A DNA stretch of 63,728 nt, the filler included, from Raillietiella orientalis (taxonomy: Eukaryota): NCBI GenBank assembly GCA_036172245.1. It is 3 parts of 3 records of this genome, joined end to end, with 100 filler letters (N's around TTAATTAATTAA, not from the genome) between each part and the next. Parts side by side here need not be neighbours in the genome. Positions count along the whole stretch, not along the records: positions 1 to 24,311 come from JAYWIR010000222.1; positions 24,412 to 48,685 come from JAYWIR010000223.1; 1 more part is not named here. One strand, given 5' to 3'. Shown piece after piece: positions 15,001-24,942 of the stretch. Every line of letters starts with the position of its first letter. Positions within the stretch are counted from its first letter, which is position 1. The notes below the pieces were generated by a model. That model had not been told where the DNA came from, searched no databases, and saw nothing but the letters and a program-made list of their open reading frames with translations. A program made the translations under genes and the position numbers.

Positions 15001-18000
15001 TTCCCAATGAATTCGGTCGCAATCCTGAGACATCAAAATGGTTGGAAGCAATCTACTTCCACTTCCTGCATCCAAATAGAATCTTCAAAGTGGATAAAAA
15101 AAATTCCTTTATCTTTTCTATTTCCAATGTGGTGTTTTCCGTACAAATCTCCGCACTTGCACCAAAACGACCATGGCCGTTTCCCGATGAATTCGGTCGC
15201 AATCCTGACACATCAAAATGGTTGGAAGCAATCTACTTCCACTTTCTGCATCCAAATAGAATCTTCAAAGTGTTTCCTAAAAATTCCTCTATCTTCTCTG
15301 TTTCCAATGCGGTATTTTCCTTCCAAATCTCCGCAATTGCACCTAAACGACCATGGCCGCTTCCCGATGAATTCGGTCGCAATCCTGAGACATCAAAATG
15401 GTTGGAATCAATCTACTTCCTCTTCCGACATAGAAATAGAATCTTCAGAATGCACCACAAAAATTCCTCTATCTTTTCTATTTCCAATGTGGTGTTTTCC
15501 GTCCAAATCTCCGCACTTGCACCTAAACGACCATGGCCGGTTCCCGATGAGTTCGGTCGCAATCCTGAGACATCAAAATGGTTGGAAGCAATCTACTTCC
15601 TCTTCCAGCATAGAAATAGAATCTTTAAAGTGCATCAAAAAAATTCCTTTATCTTTTCTATTTCCAGTGTGGTGTTTTCCGTCCAAATCTCCGCACTTGC
15701 ACCAAAACGACCATGGCCGTTTCCCGATGAATTCGGTCGCAATCCTGAGACATCAAAATGGTTGGAATCAATCTACTTCCACTTCCAGCATAGAAGTAGA
15801 TTCTTCAAAGTGCATCCAAAAAATTCCTCTATCTTTTCTATTTCCAATGTGGTGTTTTCCGTCCAAATCTCCCCACTTGCTCGTAAACGACCATGGCCGC
15901 TTCCCGATGAATTCGGTCGGAATCCTGAGACATCAAAATGGTTGGAATCAATCTACTTCCTCTTCCAGCATAGAAATAGAATCCTCAAAATGCATCAAAA
16001 AATTCCTCTATCTTTTCTATTTCCAATGGGGTGTTTTCCGTCCAAATCTCCGCACTTGCACCTAAACGACCATGGCCGGTTCCCGATGAATCCGGTCGTA
16101 ATCCTTAGACATCAAAATGGTTGGAAGCAATCTACTTCCACTTCCTACATCCAAATAGAATCTTCAAAGGGGATCAAAAAAATTCTTCTATCATTTCTAT
16201 TTCCAATGTGGTGTTTTCCGTCCAAATCTCCGCACTTGCACCAAAACGACCATGGCCGGTTCCCGATGAATTCGGTCGCAATCCTGAGACATCAAAATGG
16301 TTGGAAGAAATCTACTCCGTCTTCCAGGATAGAAATTGAATCTTCAAAATGCATCACAGAAATTCCTCTATGTTTTCTATTTCCAATGTGGTGTTTTCCG
16401 TCCAAATCTTCGCACTTGCACCAAAACGAACATGGCCGGTTCCCGATGAATTCGGTCGCAATCCTGAGACATGAAAATGGTTGGAATCAATGTACTTCCA
16501 CTTCCAGCATAGAGACAGAATCCTCAAAGTGCATCAAACAAATTCCTTTATCTTTTTTATTTCCAATGTGGTGTTTTCCGTCCAAATCTCCAAACTTGCA
16601 TGTAAACGACCATGGCCGCTTCCCGATGAATTCGGTCTCAATCCTGAGACATCAAAATGGTTGGAATCAATCTACTTCCTCTTCCAGCATAGAAATAGAA
16701 TCTTCAAAGTGCTTCCTAAAAATTCCTCTATCTTCTCTATTTCCACTGTGGTGTTTTCCTTCCAAATCTCCACACTAGCACCAAAACGACCATGGTCGGG
16801 TCCCGATGAACTCGGTCGCAATCCTGAGACATCAAAATGGTTGGAATCAATCTACTTCGTCTTCCAGCATAGAAATTGAATCTTCAAAATGCATAGCAGA
16901 AATTCCTCTATGTTTTCTATTTCCAGTGTGGTGTTTTCCGTCCAAATCTCCGCACTTGCACGAAAACGACCATGGCCGGTTCCCGATTAATTCGGTCGCA
17001 ATCCTGAGACATGAAAATGGTTGGAAGCAATCTACTTCTACTTCCTACATCCAAATAGAATCTTCAAAGTAAATCAAAAAAATTCCTCTATCTTTTCTAT
17101 TTCCAATGTGGTGTTCCGTCCAAATCCTAACTTTTAACAAAACGACCATGGCCGCTTCCCGATGAATTCGGTCGCAATCTGAGACGTGAAAATGGTTGGA
17201 ATCAATCTACTTCCACTTCCAGCATAGAAATCGAATCTACAAAGCGTATCCGAAAAATTCCTCCTTTTTCTATTTCCAATGTGGTGAGTTCCGTCCTGTT
17301 TTCCGTCCAAATCCGCACTTGCACCAAAACGACCATGGCCGTTTCCCAGTACGATTATATCATTATTACTGAGACATCAAAATGGTTGGAAGCAATCTAC
17401 TTCCACTTCCTACATCCAAATGAATCTTCAAAGTGGATCAAAAAAATTCCTCTATCTTTTGTATTTCCGATGTGGTGTTTTCCGTCCAAATCTCCGCACT
17501 TGCACCAAAACGACCATGGCCGTTTCCCGATGAATTCGGTCGCAATCCTGAGACATCAAAACGGTTGGAAGCAATCTACTTTTACTTTCTGCATCCAAAT
17601 AAAATCTTCAAAGTGTTTCCTAAAAATTCCTCTATCTTTTCTATTTCCAATGTGGTGTTTTCCGTCCAAATCTCTGCACTTGCACGTAAACGACCATGGC
17701 CGCTTCCCGATGAATTCGGTCGGAATCCTGAGACATCAAGATAGTTGGAATCAATCTACTTCGTCTTCCAGCATAGAAATTGAATCTTCAAAATGCATCA
17801 CAGAAGTTCCTCTATGTTTTCTATTTCCAATGCGGTATTTTCCTTCCAAATCTCCGCACTTGCACCTAAACGACCATGGCCGGTTCCCGATGAATTCGGT
17901 CGCAATCCTTAGACATCAAAATGGTTGGAAGCAATCTACTTCCACTTCCTGCATCCAAATACAATCTTCAAAGTGTATACAAAAAATTCCTCTATCTTTT

Positions 18001-21000
18001 CTATTTCCAATGTGATGTTTTCCGTCCAAATCTCCGCACTTGCACGTACACGACCATGGCCGCTTCCCGATGAATTCGGTCGGAATCCTGAGACATCAAA
18101 ATGGTTGGAATCAATCTACTTCCTCTTCCAGCATAGAAATAGAATCTTTAAAATGCATCAAAAAAATTCCTCTATCTTTTCTATTTCCAATGTGGTGTTT
18201 TCCGTCCAAATCTCCGCACTTGCACCAAAACGACCATGGCCGTTTCCCGATGAATTCGGTCGCAATCCTAAGACATCAAAATGGTTGGAAGCAATCTACT
18301 TCCTCTTCCAGCATAGTAATAGAATCTTTAAAGTGCAACAAAAAAATTCCTTTATCTTTTCTATTTCCAGTTTGGTGTTTTCCGTCAAAATCTCCGCACT
18401 TGCACCAAAACGACCATGGCCGGTTCCCGATTAATTCGGTCGCAATCCTGAGACATCAAAATGGTTGGAATCAATCTACTTCCTCTTCCAACATAAATAG
18501 AATCTTCCAAAATGGTGGTCAAAAAAATTCCTCTATTTTTTCTATTTCCAATGTGGTGTTTTCCGTCCAAATCTCCGCACTTGCACCTAAACGACCATGG
18601 CCGGTTCCCGATGAATTCGGTCGTAATCCTTAGACATCAAAATGGTTGGAAGCAATCTACTTCCACTTCCTACATCCAAATAGAATCTTCTAAGTGGATC
18701 ACAAAAATTCCTCTATCTTTTCTATTTCCAATGTGGTGTTTTCCGTACAAATCTCCGCACTTGCACCAAAACGACCATGGCCGTTTCCCCATGAATTCGG
18801 TCGCAATCCTGAGACATCAAAATGGTTGGAAGCAATCTACTTCGTCTTCCAGCATAGAAGTTGAATCTCCGAAATGCATCACAGAAATTCCTCTATGGTT
18901 TCTATTTCCAATGTGTTGTTTTCCGTCCAAATCTTCGCACTTGCACCAAAACGACCATGGCCGGTTCCCGATGAATTCGGTCGCAATCCTTAGACATCAA
19001 AATGGTTGGAAGCAATCTACTTCCACTTCCTGCATCCAAATACAATCTTCAAAGTGTATGCAAAAAATTCCTCTATCTTTTCTATTTCCAATGTGGTGTT
19101 TTCCGTCCAAATCTCCACTTGCACCAAAACGACCATGGCCGGTTCCCGATGAATTCGGTCGCAATCCTTAGACATCAAAATGGTTGGAAGCAATCTACTT
19201 CCACTTCCTGCAACCAAATACAATCTTCAAAGGGGATCAAAAAAATTCCTCTATCTTTTCTATTTCCAATGTGGTGTTTTCCGTCCAAATCTGCGCACTT
19301 GCACCAAAACGACCATGGCCGGTTCCCGATGAATTCGGTCGCAATCCTGAGACATCAAAACGGTTGGAAGCAATGTACTTCCACTTTCTGCATACAAATA
19401 GAATCTTCAAAGTGTTTCCTAAAAATTCCTCTATCTTCTCTATTTCCAATGTGGTGTTTTCCGTCCAAATCTCCACACTAGCACCAAAACGACCATGGTC
19501 GGTTCCCGATGAAATCGGTCGCAATGCTGAGACATCAAAATGGTTGGAATCAATCTACTTCGTCTTCCAGCATAGAAATTGAATCTTCAAAATGCATCAC
19601 AGAAATTCCTCTATCTTTTCTATTTCCAATGTGGTGTTTTCCGTCCAAATCTCCGCACTTGCACGTAAACGACCATGGCCGCTTCCCGATGAATTCGGTC
19701 GGAATCCTGAGACATCAAAATGGTTGGAATCAATCTACTTCCTCTTCCAGCATAGAAATAGAATCTTCAAAGTGCATCAAAAAAATTCCTCTATCTTTTC
19801 TATTTCCAATGTGGTGTTTTCCGTCCAAATCTCCGCACTTGCACCAAAACGACCATGGCCGTTTCCCGATGAATTCGGTCGCAATCCTGAGACATCAAAA
19901 TGGTTGGAAGCAATCTACTTCCACTTCCTACATCCAAATAGAATCTTCAAAGTGGATCAAAAAAATTCCTCTATCTTTTGTATTTCCGATGTGGTGTTTT
20001 CCGTCCAAATCTCCGCACTTGCACCAAAACGACCATGGCCGTTTCCCGATGAATTCGGTCGCAATCCTGAGACATCAAAACGGTTGGAAGCAATCTACTT
20101 TCACTTTCTGCATCCAAATAAAATCTTCAAAGTGTTTCCTAAAAATTCCTCTATCTTTTCTATTTCCAATGTGGTGTTTTCCGTCCAAATCTCCGCACTT
20201 GCACGTAAACGACCATGGCCGCTTCCCGATGAATTCGGTCAGAATCCTGAGACATCAAAATGGTTGGAATCAATCTACTTCCTCTTCCAGCATAGAAATT
20301 GAATCTTCAAAATGCATCACAGAAATTCCTCTATCTTTTCTATTTCCAATGTGGTGTTTTCCGTCCAAATCTCCGCACTTGCACGTAAACGACCATGGCC
20401 GCTTCCCGATGAATTCGGTCGGAATCCTGAGACATCAAAATGGTTGGAATCAATCTACTTCGTCTTCCAGCATAGAAATTGAATCTTCAAAATGCATCAC
20501 AGAAGTTCCTCTATGTTTTCTATTTCCAATGCGGTATTTTCCTTCCAAATCTCCGCACTTGCACCTAAACGACCATGGCCGCTTCCCGATGAATTCGGTC
20601 GCAATCCTGAGACATCAAAATGGTTGGAAGCAATCTACTTCCACTTCCTGCATCCAAATAGAATCTTCAAAGTGTATCAAAAAAATTCCTCTATCTTTTC
20701 TATTTCCAATGTGGTGTTTTCCGTCCAAATCTCCGCACTTGCACGTAAACGACCATGGCCGCTTCCCGATGAATTCGGTCGCAATCCTGAGACATCAAAA
20801 TGGTTGGAAGCAATCTACTTCCTCTTCCAGCATAGAAATAGAATCTTTAAAGTGCATCAAAAAAATTCCTCTATCTTTTCTATTTCCAATGTGGTGTTTT
20901 CCGTCCAAATCTCCGCACTTGCACCAAAACGACCATGGCCGCTTCCCGATGAATTCGGTCGGAATCCTGAGACATCAAAATGGTTGGAATCAATCTACTT

Positions 21001-24000
21001 CCTCTTCCAGCATAGAAATAGAATCTTCAAAATGCATCAAAAAAATTCCTCTATCTTTTCTATTTCCAATGTGGTGTTTTCCGTCCAAATCTCCGCACTT
21101 GCACCTAAACGACCATGGCCGGTTCCCGATGAATTCGGTCGTAATCCTTAGACATCAAAATGGTTGGAAGCAATCTACTTCCACTTCCTACATCCAAATA
21201 GAATCTTCTAAGGGGATCAAAAAAATTCCTCTATCTTTTCTATTTCCAATGTGGTGTTTTCCGTACAAATCTCCGCACTTGCACCAAAACGACCATGGCC
21301 GTTTCCCGATGAATTCGGTCGCAATCCTGAGACATCAAAATGGTTGGAAGCAATCTACTTCGTCTTCCAGCATAGAAATTGAATCTTCAAAATGCATCAC
21401 AGAAATTCCTCTATGGTTTCTATTTCCAATGTGGTGTTTTCCGTCCAAATCTTCGCACTTGCACCAAAACGACCATGGCCGGTTCCCGATGAATTCGGTC
21501 GCAATCCTTAGACATCAAAATGGTTGGAAGCAATCTACTTCCACTTCCTGCATCCAAATACAATCTTCAAAGTGTATGCAAAAAATTCCTCTATCTTTTC
21601 TATTTCCAATGTGGTGTTTTCCGTCCAAATCTCCGCACTTGCACGTAAACGACCATGGCCGCTTCCCGATGAATTCGGTCGCAATCCTGAGACATCAAAA
21701 TGGTTGGAATCAATCTACTTCACTTCCAGCATAGAAATAGAATCTTCAAAGTGATCAAAAAAATTCCTCTATCTTTTCTATTTCCAATGTGGTGTTTTCC
21801 GTCCAAATCTCCGCACTTGCACCTAAACGACCATGGCCGGTTCCCGATGAATTCGGTCGCAATCCTGAGACATCAAAATGGTTGGAATCAATCTACTTCC
21901 TCTTCCAGCATAGAAATAGAATCTTCAAAGTGCATCAAAGAAATTCCTCTATCTTTTCTATTTCCAATGTGGTGTTTTCCGTCCAAATCTCCGCACTTGC
22001 ACCTAAACGACCATGGCCGCTTCCCGATGAATTCGGTCGCAATCCTGAGACATCAAAATGGTTGGAATCAATCTACTTCCACTTCCAGCATAGAAATAGA
22101 ATCTTCAAAGTGTATCCGAAAAATTCCTCTATCTTTTCTATTTCCAATGTGGTGTTTTCCGTCCAAATCTCCGCACTTGCACCAAAACGACCATGGCCGT
22201 TTCCCGATGAATTCGGTCGCAATCCTGAGACATCAAAATGGTTGGAAGCAATCTACTTCCACTTCCAGCATAGAAATAGAATCTTCAAAGTGCATCAAAA
22301 AAATTCCTCTATCTTTTCTATTTCCAATGTGGTGTTTTCCGTCCAAATCTCCGCACTTGCACCAAAACGACCATGGCCGTTTCCCGATGAATTCGGTCGC
22401 AATCCTGAGACATCAAAATGGTTGGAAGCAATCTACTTCCACTTCCTGCATCCAAATACAATCTTCAAAGTGTATGCAAAAAATTCCTCTATCTTTTCTA
22501 TTTCCAATGTGGTGTTTTCCGTCCAAATCTCCGCACTTGCACGTAAACGACCATGGCCGCTTCCCGATGAATTCGGTCAGAATCCTGAGACATCAAAATG
22601 GTTGGAATCAATCTACTTCCTCTTCCAGCATAGAAATTGAATCTTCAAAATGCATCACAGAAATTCCTCTATCTTTTCTATTTCCAATGTGGTGTTTTCC
22701 GTCCAAATCTCCGCACTTGCACGTAAACGACCATGGCCGCTTCCCGATGAATTCGGTCGGAATCCTGAGACATCAAAATGGTTGGAATCAATCTACTTCG
22801 TCTTCCAGCATAGAAATTGAATCTTCAAAATGCATCACAGAAGTTCCTCTATGTTTTCTATTTCCAATGCGGTATTTTCCTTCCAAATCTCCGCACTTGC
22901 ACCTAAACGACCATGGCCGCTTCCCGATGAATTCGGTCGGAATCCTGAGACATCAAAATGGTTGGAATCAATCTACTTCCTCTTCCAGCATAGAAATAGA
23001 ATCTTCAAAATGCATCAAAAAAATTCCTCTATCTTTTCTATTTCCAATGTGGTGTTTTCCGTCCAAATCTCCGCACTTGCACCTAAACGACCATGGCCGC
23101 TTCCCGATGAATTCGGTCGCAATCCTGAGACATCAAAATGGTTGGAAGCAATCTACTTCCTCTTCCAGCATAGAAATAGAATCTTTAAAGTGCATCAAAA
23201 AAATTCCTTTATCTTTTCTATTTCCAATGTGGTGTTTTCCGTCCAAATCTCCGCACTTGCACCAAAACGACCATGGCCGCTTCCCGATGAATTCGGTCGC
23301 AATCCTGAGACATCAAAATGGTTGGAATCAATCTACTTCCTCTTCCAGCATAGAAATAGAATCTTCAAAATGCATCAAAAAAATTCCTCTATCTTTTCTA
23401 TTTCCAATGTGGTGTTTTCCGTCCAAATCTCCGCACTTGCACCTAAACGACCATGGCCGGTTCCCGATGAATTCGGTCGCAATCCTTAGACATCAAAATG
23501 GTTGGAAGCAATCTACTTCCACTTCCTGCATCCAAATAGAATCTTCAAAGTGCATCCAAAAAATTCCTCTATCTTTTCTATTTCCAATGTGGTGTTTTCC
23601 GTCCAAATCTCCGCACTTGCACCAAAACGACCATGGCCGTTTCCCGATGAATTCGGTCGCAATCCTGAGACATCAAAATGGTTGGAAGCAATCTACTTCC
23701 TCTTCCAGCATAGAAATAGAATCTTCAAAATGCATCAAAGAAATTCCTCTATCTTTTCTATTTCCAATGTGGTGTTTTCCGTCCAAATCTCCGCACTTGC
23801 ACCAAAACGACCATGGCCGGTTCCCGATGAATTCGGTCGCAATCCTTAGACATCAAAATGGTTGGAAGCAATCTACTTCCACTTCCTGCATCCAAATAGA
23901 ATCTTCAAAGTGCATCAAAAAAATTCCTCTATCTTTTCTATTTCCAATGTGGTGTTTTCCGTCCAAATCTCCGCACTTGCACCTAAACGACCATGGCCGG

Positions 24001-24311
24001 TTCCCGATGAATTCGGTCGCAATCCTGAGACATCAAAATGGTTGGAATCAATCTACTTCCACTTCCAGCATCGAAATAGAATCTTCAAAGTGCATCAAAA
24101 AAATTCCTCTATCTTTTCTATTTCCAATGTGGTGTTTTCCGTCCAAATCTCCGCACTTGCACCTAAACGACCATGGCCGGTTCCCGATGAATTCGGTCGC
24201 AATCCTGAGACATCAAAATGGTTGGAATCAATCTACTTCCACTTCCAGCATAGAAATAGAATCTTCAAAGTGCATCAAAAAAATTCCTCTATCTTTTCTA
24301 TTTCCAATGTG
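1..24311. repeat. Tandem satellite array, 180-bp monomer (~135 head-to-tail copies)
   Basis: The sequence recurs every three 60-nt lines. The consensus is close to AAATTCCTCTATCTTTTCTATTTCCAATGTGGTGTTTTCCGTCCAAATCTCCGCACTTGCACCAAAACGACCATGGCCGCTTCCCGATGAATTCGGTCGCAATCCTGAGACATCAAAATGGTTGGAATCAATCTACTTCCTCTTCCAGCATAGAAATAGAATCTTCAAAGTGCATCAAAA. Most monomers have one NcoI (CCATGG) and one EcoRI (GAATTC) site. All copies are in one orientation, with no interrupting element seen. Confidence 0.98.
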
Positions 24312-24411
24312 NNNNNNNNNNNNNNNNNNNNNNNNNNNNNNNNNNNNNNNNNNNNTTAATTAATTAANNNNNNNNNNNNNNNNNNNNNNNNNNNNNNNNN
24401 NNNNNNNNNNN
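24312..24411. other. Artificial contig-joining linker N44-TTAATTAATTAA-N44 (100 bp)
   Basis: 44 N, then the palindromic TTAATTAATTAA (24356-24367, TAA in all six frames), then 44 N. It is identical to the second linker, and different repeat families lie on either side. Confidence 0.97.
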
Positions 24412-24942
24412 TTCCGTGAAGAGGAACTAGGATTGCAAGGTAAGTTCCATTGCTTTTCTCGTCGGTGGGTCGGACGGATTTGCGATTCCTATGGGAGGAT
24501 CCAATGTGAGTGTCGTGTACTTCCCATTCAGAAAGATGAAATGCAAGGAAGAAGGATCCCTGGAAACTGAAGGTAAAGGGATTTGCGGATACAGGAATTT
24601 TTTTATTGAATCACAGGTTGTGCTGCCGAATTCAGGAATCCTCTTCCTTCCATTTCAGACGTGGATATCGGGGACCATTTGGGAAGTTGCAGAGGGATTC
24701 CGTGAAGAGGAACGGGGATTCCAAGGTAAGTTCCATTGCTTTTCTCGTCGTCGGGTCGGACGGATTTGCGATTCCTAAGAAAGGATCCAATGTGAGTGTC
24801 CTGTACTTCCCATTGAGAAAGATGAAATGCAAGGAAGAAGGATCCCTGGAAACTGAAGGTAAAGGGATTTGCGGATACAGGAATTTTTTTATTGAATCAC
24901 AGGTTGTGCTGCCGAATTCAGGAATCCTCTTCCTTCCATCAT

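Noticed and set aside
1..24311. Identity with Arabidopsis CEN180 or primate alpha satellite
   Set aside because: Only the length is similar. I see none of the sequence hallmarks I recall for those families (e.g. no HindIII-defined unit, no CENP-B box).
24356..24367. TTAATTAATTAA palindrome as a biological site (PacI, piggyBac TTAA or homeodomain site)
   Set aside because: It is centred in exactly 44+44 Ns and repeated identically at 48730-48741, so it is a synthetic linker.
24698..24717. CENP-B box-like motif (TTCCGTGAAGAGGAACGGGG; TTCGTGAAGAGGCG in the 277-mer)
   Set aside because: It does not fit the NTTCGNNNNANNCGGGN spacing, and several essential positions are mismatched.
24852..24878. 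Hammerhead ribozyme / retrozyme-type satellite (CTGAAGG-GTAAA GGGA TTTGC stem-loop in the 286-mer; CCGATGA in the 180-mer; CTAATGA..GAAC in the 277-mer)
   Set aside because: None has the full CUGANGA...GAAA core with flanking helices. An Infernal scan with Rfam ribozyme models would be decisive, but by eye the catalytic core is not met.
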